DNA of 64,000 nucleotides from Rickettsiales bacterium (GTDB lineage Bacteria; Pseudomonadota; Alphaproteobacteria; Rickettsiales; UBA1997): NCBI GenBank assembly GCA_018969185.1, contig JAGWYT010000001.1, positions 13,959 to 77,958 of the forward strand, read 5' to 3'. Shown piece by piece: positions 54,751 to 64,000 of this stretch (position 1 is its first letter; each line of letters starts with the position of its first letter). The notes under the pieces were generated by a model. It saw only the letters and a program-made list of their open reading frames with translations, ran no database searches and was not told where the DNA came from. The position numbers and the translations under genes were made by a program.

Positions 54751-55641
54751 ATGAAAAAATTTCTAATTTTATTTTTTGTTTTTTTACTTTCTGTTGAAAC
54801 TTCTTGTGTGGCACAAGATACGCGTGATCTAAGCTCTTCACCAAAAGAAGTTTATAAGGTTAATGTAAATAATAATATTAAGGTAAAAATAGGTAATGGT
54901 GGAGCGGGGCCAACTGGGGTTTTACGTTTTTTAGCTGAAGATTTTTTAAAAATTAAAGATGCTAATTATTCAATTGCATGGTATCAGGATATTAGCCCAA
55001 ACACTTTAAAACAATTGCAAAACGGCACAATTGACATTGCCTTAGTTTATGAAAAAGAACAAGGTTACAAGGCGGTTAATGAAGGATATGCCACTAATTG
55101 GACACCAATTTTTAATGATCATTTTTTAATTGTTGGTCCAAAAAGCAATCCTGCTGGTTTAAGTGCCAGAGACTTAGCGCAAGAGGCGTTTGAAAAAATT
55201 GCTGCTGCTGGAGAAAAAAATTTAGAAGCAATTTTCTTATCGCGTGATGATAATTCTGGCACTAATGTTAAAGAGCAATCAATTTGGAATTTAGTGGGAA
55301 TTTCTCCTTGGAAAAGTGAGAAATCATGGTATGTAAAATCACATGTTTTTCCTAAAGATGCCCTCTTGCAAGCTGATAAGGAAGAGCTTTATGTTCTTAC
55401 GGATTTTGGCACTTGGCTTTCAAATAGTAAAGAATTGCGCAATTTAAAAATTTATGTGAGAGGTGGAGAAACACTTGTAAATCCTTGTTTTGCGCTCACA
55501 GGAATTAAGCCAAATAAAGAGACTATGGATTTTCTCAATTATTTAAAAAGTGATAGAGGGCAATATATGATTTCAACTTTTGGTAAGGATAAATTTGGTG
55601 GCTTTGCTTTATTCACGCCGGCGGTACAAATGGATTTTTAA
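54751..55641 (+). CDS. Periplasmic substrate-binding protein, TupA/PBP_like_2 type (oxyanion-binding family), no cognate transporter genes adjacent
   Basis: 296 aa. Signal peptide. NDHFLIVGPKSNPAGL, FLSRDDNSGTNVKEQSIW and YVLTDFGTWL parallel the TupA-like motifs (NdFvlvGP..DPAgi; SRGDdSGTh.kE..lW; ytltDrgTyl). Confidence 0.65.
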   Translation: MKKFLILFFVFLLSVETSCVAQDTRDLSSSPKEVYKVNVNNNIKVKIGNGGAGPTGVLRFLAEDFLKIKDANYSIAWYQDISPNTLKQLQNGTIDIALVYEKEQGYKAVNEGYATNWTPIFNDHFLIVGPKSNPAGLSARDLAQEAFEKIAAAGEKNLEAIFLSRDDNSGTNVKEQSIWNLVGISPWKSEKSWYVKSHVFPKDALLQADKEELYVLTDFGTWLSNSKELRNLKIYVRGGETLVNPCFALTGIKPNKETMDFLNYLKSDRGQYMISTFGKDKFGGFALFTPAVQMDF

Positions 55642-56255
55642 AACTTCCTTTTCAACAATTCATCAAAATCTTCACTCATCTTAACACCAAGTTCCTCAAG
55701 TGAAGTCACGCCAAATTCCTTAATTCCACAAGGCACGATATTATCAAAAGCCTGTAAATTAGGGGCAATATTGATGGCGATGCCATGATAAGTAACCCAT
55801 TTTTTGACTTTAATTCCAATAGCGCCGATCTTTTTTTCGCCATCTTTAGTTTCAACCCAAATGCCAACTCGCCCTTTTCTAATTTCGCCTTTAATTCCAA
55901 GCTCCGCAAGACAAGAAATCATCCAGTTTTCTAAAAACTCAACGAACTTGGCAATATCAGGTGATGCTGGTGCAAAAAATTTCTTTAAATCAAGCATAAC
56001 ATAAATAATTTTCATTCCGGGACCGTGATAGGTGTACTTTCCACCGCGATTGGTTTTAAAAACTGGAATATCAGTTTTATTAAGTAAATCCTCATCTTTT
56101 GCGCTTATTCCTGCTGTATAAACAGGCTTATGCTCAAGTGCCCATATTAAAGGCTTCGCCTCACCATTAATGATTTTCTCAACACGGTTTTCCATGAATT
56201 TAAGAGCATCTTCAAAGTAAATTGGATCTTTACTGATTAGCCATTCAATTTCCAT
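55638..56255 (-). CDS. lipB: Octanoyltransferase LipB
   Basis: 205 aa. TNRGGKYTYHGPGM, KIGAIGIKV (acyl-lysine region) and IVPCGI. Confidence 0.9.
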   Translation of the reverse strand: MEIEWLISKDPIYFEDALKFMENRVEKIINGEAKPLIWALEHKPVYTAGISAKDEDLLNKTDIPVFKTNRGGKYTYHGPGMKIIYVMLDLKKFFAPASPDIAKFVEFLENWMISCLAELGIKGEIRKGRVGIWVETKDGEKKIGAIGIKVKKWVTYHGIAINIAPNLQAFDNIVPCGIKEFGVTSLEELGVKMSEDFDELLKRKF

Positions 56256-56306
56256 TTTTTTGTCCCTTATTTTGTCTATACCAAAACTATAAATATCATG
56301 ACGACA

Positions 56307-58889
56307 CTAGGGTGGTGTTATATCTTGTGTTGATTCTTTTTTTCCAGTTTTTTCTGCATTTTTTTCTCCAGAAACATCTGGGCTTGGTTTTTTTTCACCC
56401 GCTGTTATATCTAAGAAAAGTTGGGCAGTAACTTCGCTTTTAGCAGATTCCTCAACAGTATCTTCAACAGTTTTTCTTTTTGGTGGACTTGCCATAAAGT
56501 TACGCACATCAAGATATGCAATTTTAGATCTTTCTACTGAATTGTGTAAGATTTTTTCTAACTCATCTATAAATTCTTCTTTTCTTTTGTTTTTATCTTC
56601 TTCTGATACCGGTTCAAATTCAAATAATAACTTACTAAAAGATTCTTGTTTTACAAAGTTGTCAATAAAATCACGAGATAGCTTTTTTGCTATATTTTGA
56701 TTCAATGATTTTTCTAATCCTTCTATTGCCTCTGAAGCAAACGTTCCAAATATTCTAAAATGTCTTTCTATTAAAGATGTGGCAACCCTACGCATCGTGG
56801 CAGGCTTAAATTCATCATCAATATATTGAAATTCTTCATGTTTTTCAAAAGAAGCATATTTTAAATCAAAAATTTTACAAAAATTACTTGAAAACTCTTC
56901 AATGACACCTTCTCCAATTTCAGTGGAAGACTCTTTTATTCCAACCTCTTCTGTTCTTTTCTCTTCTATTATTGTTTTTTCTATTTTTTCTTCAACGCGA
57001 CTTTTAAATTTTTCTAAATTATCTATTTTCTCAGATTTTTTTTCAGCTTCTTCTCTGCTTTTCAATTCAGATATTTGGTTTTCCAATTCTGACAATATTG
57101 CTTCATCACGATATTTCTCAACCAACTTTGTAATATAATCAATAGCTTCACCCTCATCTTTTCCTTTTGTGTAACCACCGCTTATTTCTTCTGACCTAAA
57201 AAACGAAGCATATTCTTCTGAATTTATTGTTTCTAGAAAATTATTAGCAATATAACAAATATGAGAATTTATTTTTCTTAAATCATTGGTTTTTATTAGT
57301 CTATTAATAGCGTCTAATTTGCCTTCTTCTAAGCTTTCAAAAGATTTAATAAAATCTCTTCTTCTATCATCACAAGTTTCATAGCCTGAAGATTCTATTC
57401 CTTCCTTTCCAAGTGCAATATTAAATTTATTTTCAACCATTTTTGGTAAATTTCTTGCTCTGGCTATTGGAGGGATTGCATTTACAAAACACATTACAAG
57501 AGCAACATAAGCTGTGACATGATCTGCTTGATGTGAACCAAATGCTGTATCAGGTCTTCTATCAGTTCTGGCTGAATATTTTGATGATAGATCATCATCT
57601 AATTCATAAGTAACGTATTTAGTCTTTTGGTTAGGGAGGGTTCTTCCTTTTTTTATAGCAAGATCCTCAATGTATTCTATATATCTTTTAGTTTCAGAAT
57701 CAACTGTAGAACTACTTTTCTTTTTTCCGATAATGGCATTAAATAAACTATCTGTGTCTTCACATCCATATCTTGTTTTTAAATTCTTATATGAAGATCC
57801 AACAACGTAGTCATTCATTGCGTAAATTTCTTTTATTTCGCGAATTCCTTGTATTTTTTCTTCTGTAGTTTCTGGTGGTAGAGTTAAATCTTTAAATGAA
57901 TTTCTAAGCGTTAGATTATCTGCTTCTAACTTTAGTAATTCATCACAATAACGGCTTTTAGGTCCTGGAATTGTTTTTGTTTTAGTATAATCCTTAAGAA
58001 GTGGATCTTTTTTTTCTGCCGCAATAGCTAAACACCTAGCAAGTAGTGCACTTTCTTTTATAAGAATATCCTTTTTAGCCATTTCATCCTCTTCAGGATT
58101 ATTTCCAGGAAAAAGGATTTCTTGAGAAACTTCACTTTTTCCTTTCGTTTCAACTTCTTCAGCTTGCGATTTAAATCTATTAACTATTTTCAATTCGTCA
58201 TTTATCAACACACGAAAATTTTCAAAGATTTTTGAACTTTCTATGAGGACCTCATTATTTATCATCATGGGAAGATCATAGTAATCACTTGTTGAATCTC
58301 TTTGAGGTATAAGACCAATTTCTTGTGAAATGGATCTTAAACTTGTTAAAGAACCACATTTTTCTCTGTATTCATTAAGTAGGTCGTTAAGTTTTGATTT
58401 TAGACTAACTTCTTCTCTTGAGGTGCTTGATAAAATTGCGGGTTTATCAGGTATTGTTATAATCAATTGTGAGAGGTTTTCAATAATTGTAGTCATTAGC
58501 TCCAAGCCACTGCTCGAGTTTTCCGCTGAAATAATTGCAGTATTTAGTAATGCACTATCTCCACTTTCCATAAGTTTTCCAGAACTGTTGTGTTTAACAA
58601 CAAATCTGATACCCTTCATAGGCTCATCCTCATCATCTTTAGTTTCATCAGTTGAGAAAACATATTTTGTGCTAAAGTTCTCAACATTTCCCTTTTCAGC
58701 ATAAAAGGCGTGGATGCTTGAAGCAGTTGATATTTCGCTAATTTCTGATTTGACGCTTTCTGAGTCTCTTTTTTCTAAAGGATGTTCATCATCAGAAGAA
58801 GACCCAGAAGAAGATCCTGTAGTTAAATGTTCTTGTCTTTTTGTTGATTCTCTATAAATTAGTCTCTTTGAATCGCTACTCCTATCCAT
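56307..58889 (-). CDS. Large hypothetical protein (860 aa), charged and coiled-coil-rich; effector candidate
   Basis: Long uninterrupted ORF. No signal peptide and no motif I recognise. Ser/Asp/Glu-rich N-terminus, a Glu/Lys-rich helical segment (SELKSREEAEKKSEKIDNLEKFKSRVEEKIEK), ends ..STQDITPP. Confidence 0.65.
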   Translation of the reverse strand: MDRSSDSKRLIYRESTKRQEHLTTGSSSGSSSDDEHPLEKRDSESVKSEISEISTASSIHAFYAEKGNVENFSTKYVFSTDETKDDEDEPMKGIRFVVKHNSSGKLMESGDSALLNTAIISAENSSSGLELMTTIIENLSQLIITIPDKPAILSSTSREEVSLKSKLNDLLNEYREKCGSLTSLRSISQEIGLIPQRDSTSDYYDLPMMINNEVLIESSKIFENFRVLINDELKIVNRFKSQAEEVETKGKSEVSQEILFPGNNPEEDEMAKKDILIKESALLARCLAIAAEKKDPLLKDYTKTKTIPGPKSRYCDELLKLEADNLTLRNSFKDLTLPPETTEEKIQGIREIKEIYAMNDYVVGSSYKNLKTRYGCEDTDSLFNAIIGKKKSSSTVDSETKRYIEYIEDLAIKKGRTLPNQKTKYVTYELDDDLSSKYSARTDRRPDTAFGSHQADHVTAYVALVMCFVNAIPPIARARNLPKMVENKFNIALGKEGIESSGYETCDDRRRDFIKSFESLEEGKLDAINRLIKTNDLRKINSHICYIANNFLETINSEEYASFFRSEEISGGYTKGKDEGEAIDYITKLVEKYRDEAILSELENQISELKSREEAEKKSEKIDNLEKFKSRVEEKIEKTIIEEKRTEEVGIKESSTEIGEGVIEEFSSNFCKIFDLKYASFEKHEEFQYIDDEFKPATMRRVATSLIERHFRIFGTFASEAIEGLEKSLNQNIAKKLSRDFIDNFVKQESFSKLLFEFEPVSEEDKNKRKEEFIDELEKILHNSVERSKIAYLDVRNFMASPPKRKTVEDTVEESAKSEVTAQLFLDITAGEKKPSPDVSGEKNAEKTGKKESTQDITPP

Positions 58890-58918
58890 ACCTAATGTTT
58901 AATATATTTGTTTAATAA

Positions 58919-59881
58919 ATGAGATCTACAGGAAATAAGAAAGAACTTAAGCGCGGCAGAAGCAATGACAGATTAAAACCTGAACCAAGTCTTACTTTTA
59001 CAACTGTTGCACAAGATATTGTTAGAGAAATTCTTGATCAAGAATTTGCTGGAAAGGGTGAGGTTGATTCTGATTCTAGTCCCAAAAGAGAACAATTTGG
59101 GAAGCATCTTAAAATGATAACTGCTCACCTAAAAAATACATTTGGAGATGTTACATTTCCTGAAAGAGTTTTGGATCCTAAGGAAAGAATTCTTGTTATG
59201 GATGTAGCAAATCATGCTATGAAGCTTAGTGATATGTCAGGCGATGATTCTGTTTTTATTCAATATTCTAGATCAAAGAATCCATTTCTTGAATTTGTTT
59301 GTAAAGCGGCTATGGGAAAAGATGAATTTATTGATAATTTTATATCTAAAAACAATATTCATTTCAGTGGTGAAGCAGAGCGTGAGTACTATAAAGAGTT
59401 TTTCAAGAGGTCAAGTAAAGAATTAATTACTGAATTAACAAAAAATTATATTGTGGATAACAAAGATTTCCATACAAGTTTGGTTGTTTATGATTCAGAG
59501 GCTAAACAAATAGAACCTGGTTTAGATGGTGATAATTTTATAAAGCTACATTCTACAATATGTGGCTTATATAGAAATTCTTTTGAAAGTCAGTTTTCTG
59601 CAAAGGCAACGGTGGATGACAACAGAGATGTTACTACAATTAGAGGTGCAAGCAAAGGAGGAACTTCAAGCACAGAAAACACTCCAGACAGAAAATCTGT
59701 TAAGCGTGAAGAGGATGATAAAGAAATTGGCGCTAAAAAAGTAGCGTTTAGTTCAGATGCTGTAAGTGTAATGGAACAAAGTTTGAAGCCTGTTAAAGAT
59801 ATAACACCACCATCTATTTTTATGTTCCCAGATGGTTCAAGTGTAATGGGAAGTCAAGAACATGGTGGTTTAGGTGGTTAA
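58919..59881 (+). CDS. Hypothetical protein (320 aa); effector candidate
   Basis: No signal peptide and no recognisable motif. Lies divergent to the 860-aa ORF across only 29 bp. The C-terminal region contains KDITPP. Confidence 0.55.
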   Translation: MRSTGNKKELKRGRSNDRLKPEPSLTFTTVAQDIVREILDQEFAGKGEVDSDSSPKREQFGKHLKMITAHLKNTFGDVTFPERVLDPKERILVMDVANHAMKLSDMSGDDSVFIQYSRSKNPFLEFVCKAAMGKDEFIDNFISKNNIHFSGEAEREYYKEFFKRSSKELITELTKNYIVDNKDFHTSLVVYDSEAKQIEPGLDGDNFIKLHSTICGLYRNSFESQFSAKATVDDNRDVTTIRGASKGGTSSTENTPDRKSVKREEDDKEIGAKKVAFSSDAVSVMEQSLKPVKDITPPSIFMFPDGSSVMGSQEHGGLGG

Positions 59882-59894
59882 ATAATAATTTATT

Positions 59895-60527
59895 ATGATC
59901 GGTAAACTCAAAGGTTTAATAGATTCAATTACTGAAGACAAGTGCATAATTGATGTTAATGGTGTTGGCTATGTGGTTTTTTTGTCACAAAAAACGGCAG
60001 AATTTTTAAAACAAATTCCCAAAGAAAAAGAAGTTTCTTTGATTATTGAAACTGCGGTGAAAGAAGATGCGATCGAGCTTTACGGCTTTATTTCTGAAAT
60101 TGAAAAAATCTGGTTTTTAGAATTAACCAAAGTGCAAGGCGTTGGTAATAAAATGGGGCAGAAAATTTTAAGTGCCTTAGTAATTGAAGATTTGGCAAAA
60201 GCGTTAATTTCTTCTGATTTGAAAGCCTTCTCACAAATTTCAGGAATTGGTCCGAAGCTTGCATCACGCATTACAACTGAGTTGAAAGATAGTCCAAAAA
60301 AACTTGGTATTGATCTTGGATTTGATGTTAAGCAAACAAAAAATATCACAGAAATTTCAAATAATAAAATTGCCTCTGATGCGCTTTCAGCACTAGAAAA
60401 TCTTGGTTATAAGAAGCATGATTGTTTGAAAGTAATTAATTTCTTAATTGAAGGAAATTCCAAAATTACTTTAGAGAATTTAATTACTTCTTCTTTGAGA
60501 GAATTAAGTAAGAATAAGTTTAATTAG
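59895..60527 (+). CDS. ruvA: Holliday junction DNA helicase subunit RuvA
   Basis: 210 aa. MIGKLKGLIDS...VNGVGYVVF... and HhH motifs (VQGVGNKMGQKIL; ISGIGPKLASRI). Confidence 0.9.
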   Translation: MIGKLKGLIDSITEDKCIIDVNGVGYVVFLSQKTAEFLKQIPKEKEVSLIIETAVKEDAIELYGFISEIEKIWFLELTKVQGVGNKMGQKILSALVIEDLAKALISSDLKAFSQISGIGPKLASRITTELKDSPKKLGIDLGFDVKQTKNITEISNNKIASDALSALENLGYKKHDCLKVINFLIEGNSKITLENLITSSLRELSKNKFN

Positions 60528-60538
60528 TTGTCGAAAAT

Positions 60539-60632
60539 ATCTTATCCGCTGGTTGAGCGAAGTCGAAACCAAGGATAAGATGTTTTCTCAGCTTTTCTTG
60601 GTTTCGACTTCGCGGGAACCAGCGAAAAGCTT
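60539..60632. repeat. Palindromic element family A, copy A4
   Basis: atcttatccgctggttgagcgaagtcgaaaccaaggataagat + ttttcttggtttcgacttcgcgggaaccagcgaaaagctt, between ruvA and ruvB. Confidence 0.85.
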
Positions 60633-60664
60633 AAACTAAATTAAAAAATAGAAATATTTTTATA

Positions 60665-61651
60665 ATGTCAAAAAACGAAAATTTAAATCCAGTTAAATTA
60701 GAAGAAGAGCGTAATGACAATATTTTACGCCCAAGTTTTTTGCATGATTTTTTGGGACAAGAAAAGTTAAAAGAAAATCTTAAAGTTTTTATTGATGCGG
60801 CTAAAGGGCGTGGTGATGTTTTAGATCACGCCTTATTTTATGGACCTCCCGGACTTGGTAAAACAACATTAGCGCAAATTATTTCTCATGAAATGGGAGT
60901 TGGTTTTAAAGGAACGGCAGGCCCGGTAATTTCAAAATCAGGAGATTTAGCGGCAATTTTAACTAACTTGCAGCAAGGTGATGTTTTGTTCATCGATGAA
61001 ATTCATCGCTTAAATAAAAATGTTGAGGAAGTGCTTTATTCGGCAATGGAAGACTTCAAGCTTGATATTATTATTGGTGAAGGTCCGGCAGCGCGCGCCA
61101 TTAAAATTGATTTGCCAAAATTTACTTTAGTTGGTGCAACAACTCGCGTTGGATTAATTGCAAATCCATTAAAAGATCGTTTTGGAATTCCGCTTCGCAT
61201 TAATTTTTATAGCCCAAAAGAGCTTGAACAAATTGTTATTCGTGATGCAAAAATTTTGAATATTGAAATTGAAAAAGACGCCGCTTTTGAAATTGCTAAA
61301 AGGTCACGTGGAACACCAAGAATTGCCATTCGCCTCTTAAAAAGAGTGCGTGATTTTGCTAATTATGAAAATGAAGAAATCATTAGTCAAAAAACTGCAG
61401 ACAATGCTTTGAAGCGTTTAGAGATTGATAGAGCAGGGCTTGACGCTTCTGATTATCGCTATTTAGAATTTATTGCAAAAAATTATCGTGGGGGTCCTGT
61501 TGGAATTGAAACAATTGCTGCTGCAATTGGTGAAGAACGTGACACGGTGGAAGACACCATTGAGCCATATTTAATTCAGCAAGGCTTCGTTGAAAAAACG
61601 CCAAGAGGGCGTGTTTTAACAGAAATAGCTTTTAAGCATTTGGGATTATGA
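60665..61651 (+). CDS. ruvB: Holliday junction branch-migration ATPase RuvB
   Basis: 328 aa. Walker [12 protein letters not shown], Walker B FIDEIHRL, sensor TTRVGL..PLKDRFG. Confidence 0.95.
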   Translation: MSKNENLNPVKLEEERNDNILRPSFLHDFLGQEKLKENLKVFIDAAKGRGDVLDHALFYGPPGLGKTTLAQIISHEMGVGFKGTAGPVISKSGDLAAILTNLQQGDVLFIDEIHRLNKNVEEVLYSAMEDFKLDIIIGEGPAARAIKIDLPKFTLVGATTRVGLIANPLKDRFGIPLRINFYSPKELEQIVIRDAKILNIEIEKDAAFEIAKRSRGTPRIAIRLLKRVRDFANYENEEIISQKTADNALKRLEIDRAGLDASDYRYLEFIAKNYRGGPVGIETIAAAIGEERDTVEDTIEPYLIQQGFVEKTPRGRVLTEIAFKHLGL

Positions 61652-62841
61652 AAAATAAAAAAATTCTTCTAATCATTACTGGTTCAATTGCAGCCTATAA
61701 AGCAATGGATTTAGTGCGTTTGTTAAAGAAAAAATCTTTTGATGTTACTTGTGTTTTAACAAAATCTGCTGAGCAATTTATCACGCCGCTTCTTGCCTCA
61801 AGCCTTTCAGGAAATAAAACTTACAATGAACTTTTTGCCACAGAAGATCACACAGGAATTGATCATATCAAACTTTCTCGTGAAGCAGATTTAATAGTTG
61901 TGGCGCCAGCAACGGCGGATTTTATGGCTAAAATGGCAAATGGTTTTGCCGATGATTTAGCTTCAAATGTTATTTTGGCTTCTAATAAAAAAATCATGAT
62001 TGCGCCAGCAATGAATGAAAAAATGTGGCAAAATAAACAAACAGAAAAAAATCTAATTAAGCTTGTTGAGTCAGGAATATCAATAGTTGAGCCCGAGTCA
62101 GATATATTGGCTTGTGGTGAAATTGGTATTGGAAAAATGGCAAGCCCAGAAAGAATTTGTGATAAAATTAATGAATTTTTTGAAAATAAAAATCTTCTTT
62201 TAGGTAAGAAAATTTTAATTACTGGTGGCGCAACCTTTGAACCAATTGATCCGGTAAGATTTATTGGAAATCGTTCTTCAGGAAAGCAAGCAATTGCTTT
62301 AGCAAAAGTTTTTAGCGAAATGGGTGCAGATGTAACTTTAGTTGCGGCGAATATTCGTGAGATTATTCCACTTAAGAAAGAAAAAATAATTAATGTTAAA
62401 ACAGCCGATGAGATGTTCTCAGCGGTAAAAGATAGTCTGAAGAAACAAGACGTGTTCATTGCTTGCGCCGCAGTTGCTGATTTTAAAGTTAAAAAAATGG
62501 TGAAAGAAAAAATAAAAAAAACTGCTCTGAAAAATTTGAAATTAGAGTTAGTGCAAAATCCTGATATTTTGGAATTTGTAGGGCATAGTAAAAGCCGTCC
62601 TCAGCTTGTTATTGGCTTTGCTGCAGAAAGTACGAATATTAAAAATTATGCTAAAGAAAAATTAAAAAAGAAAAATTGTGATCTGATTGTAGCAAATGAT
62701 ATTGAGGGTGGAGATATTTTTGGCAGCAATAATAGCAAAGCATTTTTTATAAGTAAAAAAGCGGTTAAAGAACTTGGAAAAATAACTAAAGATGAAGTTG
62801 CGCTGATGCTTGGTTTAGAAGTGGCGAAGCTGTTGTCTTAG
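61648..62841 (+). CDS. coaBC: Bifunctional phosphopantothenoylcysteine decarboxylase / phosphopantothenate-cysteine ligase
   Basis: 397 aa. Flavoprotein N-domain [14 protein letters not shown]...PAMN. CoaB domain [24 protein letters not shown]. Overlaps the ruvB stop by 4 nt. Confidence 0.9.
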   Translation: MKNKKILLIITGSIAAYKAMDLVRLLKKKSFDVTCVLTKSAEQFITPLLASSLSGNKTYNELFATEDHTGIDHIKLSREADLIVVAPATADFMAKMANGFADDLASNVILASNKKIMIAPAMNEKMWQNKQTEKNLIKLVESGISIVEPESDILACGEIGIGKMASPERICDKINEFFENKNLLLGKKILITGGATFEPIDPVRFIGNRSSGKQAIALAKVFSEMGADVTLVAANIREIIPLKKEKIINVKTADEMFSAVKDSLKKQDVFIACAAVADFKVKKMVKEKIKKTALKNLKLELVQNPDILEFVGHSKSRPQLVIGFAAESTNIKNYAKEKLKKKNCDLIVANDIEGGDIFGSNNSKAFFISKKAVKELGKITKDEVALMLGLEVAKLLS

Positions 62842-62912
62842 ACAAAAAATTTACTAATCTAATAGTTTTTCTATAATATGGGAAGCTGGAAAAAGAATAG
62901 TTCCAGTCCTTA

Positions 62913-64000
62913 CTACATAATGTTTTTATAAAAAGTAGTAATTTTGCCTAACCACTGTTTTTCATCTTTGCTGAGACCGCTTTTCAAAACATCAAAAATT
63001 CTTTGGTGATATTCTTTTAACCATTTTTTTTCTGGATAGGTCATCATTTTAAAATCGATTAGGCGGTGATCTATTGGTGCTAAGGTTAAAGTTTCAAATT
63101 GTAAAAACTTCTCATTAAACTTTTTCACTAACATCAAATTCTCAATTCTAATTCCATATTCTCCTTCTTTGTAAAATCCCGGTTCGTTAGATAAAATCAT
63201 ACCTGCCAAAAGTGTTTGATGCGCGTTTTTACTAATTCCACAAGGTCCTTCATGAACTGATAAAAAGCTGCCAACTCCATGTCCTGTGCCGTGATCATAA
63301 TTTAAACCTGCTTGCCATAAGTGATTGCGTGCTAAGGCGTCAAGTTGCGCTCCACTTGTATTAATGGGAAATTTAGCGTGTGCTAAAGCAATATGTCCTT
63401 TCAAAACTCTGGTGAAATTTTCAATAATTTCTTTGTTTGGAGTTCCAATTGATATCGTTCTTGTAATATCAGTTGTGCCGCAGAAATCCTCACCAAAATA
63501 TTGTCCACCAGAATCAATTAAATATAGCGAACCGCCATCGGACCCACTTTGAAATGGGGAATTTAAATCCTCCGGCTTCGCACTTCGTGCTTCAGCCACC
63601 TCCTTTTTCAAAGGAGGTTGGAATAGCGTAATCTTCTTATTAGTTTCTTTGTTAGAGTGATAATGAATTACAGCGCCATTTGCACCAAATCCTGAGATTG
63701 CAGCAAAGCTTTCATATAAAAATGCAGAATTATTTTTTCTAAATTCTAAGAGTTTTTTTGCAGCGGAAATTTCATCAATTTTCTTTTTATTCTTTAGAGA
63801 ATTTTCAAGCCAAAATAAAAATTTTGTAACTGCTAGGCCATCGGCTTCGTGGGATTTAATTGCGCCATTAATTTCAGTTGAATTTTTTTGCGATTTTAAC
63901 AAATCAATGGCGCTATTTTTCTCAATTATAGAAAAATTATTTTTTTCTAAAAGGCTGTAAATCCAGTAATTTGTAGCGTTAGGATCAATCTCAACTTTCT
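62913..64000 (-). CDS. pepP: Xaa-Pro aminopeptidase (M24B, PepP), partial; N-terminus beyond the window end
   Basis: The track ORF starts at a TTG at 63902, but the frame stays open to 64000 (..KVEIDPNATNYWIYSLLEKNNFSIIEKNSAIDLLKSQ..). M24 metal ligands lie in LIDSGGQY, GTTDITRT, HGTGHGVG, SNEPGFY and GIRIENL. Confidence 0.9.
   Translation of the reverse strand, partial: KVEIDPNATNYWIYSLLEKNNFSIIEKNSAIDLLKSQKNSTEINGAIKSHEADGLAVTKFLFWLENSLKNKKKIDEISAAKKLLEFRKNNSAFLYESFAAISGFGANGAVIHYHSNKETNKKITLFQPPLKKEVAEARSAKPEDLNSPFQSGSDGGSLYLIDSGGQYFGEDFCGTTDITRTISIGTPNKEIIENFTRVLKGHIALAHAKFPINTSGAQLDALARNHLWQAGLNYDHGTGHGVGSFLSVHEGPCGISKNAHQTLLAGMILSNEPGFYKEGEYGIRIENLMLVKKFNEKFLQFETLTLAPIDHRLIDFKMMTYPEKKWLKEYHQRIFDVLKSGLSKDEKQWLGKITTFYKNIM
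63538..63630. repeat. Half-copy of palindromic family B inserted in frame inside pepP
   Basis: The reverse complement of 63561-63619, acctcctttgaaaaaggaggtggctgaagcacgaagtgcgaagccggaggatttaaat, matches the B1 first module gcctcctttgaaaaaggaggtg-[hairpin]-cggaggatttagat. It is translated as ..FQPPLKKEVAEARSAKPEDLNSPFQ.. just before the conserved LYLIDSGGQY. Confidence 0.65.

Noticed and set aside
61863-62459. 198-aa minus-strand ORF inside coaBC
   Set aside because: It is antisense to a well-supported coaBC frame, and its translation is hydrophobic and low-complexity with no motifs.
1-64000. tRNA, rRNA, tmRNA, transposase, phage or conjugation genes
   Set aside because: I scanned the intergenic regions and ORF translations by eye. 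No cloverleaf-compatible sequence, DDE/HUH transposase or phage structural motif was recognised. Absence is by inspection only and should be confirmed with tRNAscan-SE, Infernal and ISfinder.

Overview
This is a visibly AT-rich bacterial chromosome segment. The housekeeping genes (cobS-like AAA ATPase, hemW, hemB with an Asp-rich metal site, der, xerD, htpG, lipB, ruvAB, coaBC, pepP) and the many palindromic intergenic repeats with 'gtcat...atgac' ends point to an alphaproteobacterium of the Rickettsiales/Holosporales type; that placement is inference only.

Two housekeeping flanks (1-9.7 kb and 48-64 kb) bracket an accessory block of about 38 kb (9.8-48 kb). The block contains:
- A 3,696-aa two-partner-secretion (TpsA/FhaB/CdiA-like) exoprotein with no TpsB gene in the window. 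Downstream lie a translationally coupled lipoprotein, a possible orphan two-gene cassette, a pseudogenised fragment of the same exoprotein, and three paralogous TRL-like lipoproteins.
- A signalling locus that I consider the best candidate for an undescribed system. A PhcB-like SAM methyltransferase sits between two paralogous sensors of 857 and 889 aa, each built as membrane domain - kinase - receiver - second kinase (a PhcS-PhcR-like fusion). Two more proteins carry the same unusual receiver type. The parts list matches the Ralstonia phcBSRQ fatty-acid-methyl-ester quorum-sensing system.
- Three type II toxin-antitoxin pairs (Phd/PIN, HigB/HigA-like, BrnT/BrnA-like), a frameshifted FkbM methyltransferase, and a signal-less lytic transglycosylase.
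- A 2,326-aa RTX protein with an N-terminal class-3 lipase domain and five copies of a T1SS-target-like module. It is preceded by a truncated hlyC/rtxC acyltransferase relic and followed by a FadL-type porin.

At least four families of RPE-like palindromic elements are scattered through the window, mostly abutting stop codons. One half-element is inserted in frame inside pepP, and another supplies the last codons and the stop codon of xerD. I recognised no rRNA, tRNA, CRISPR array, transposase or phage genes. All functional calls rest on motifs read by eye; no searches were run.
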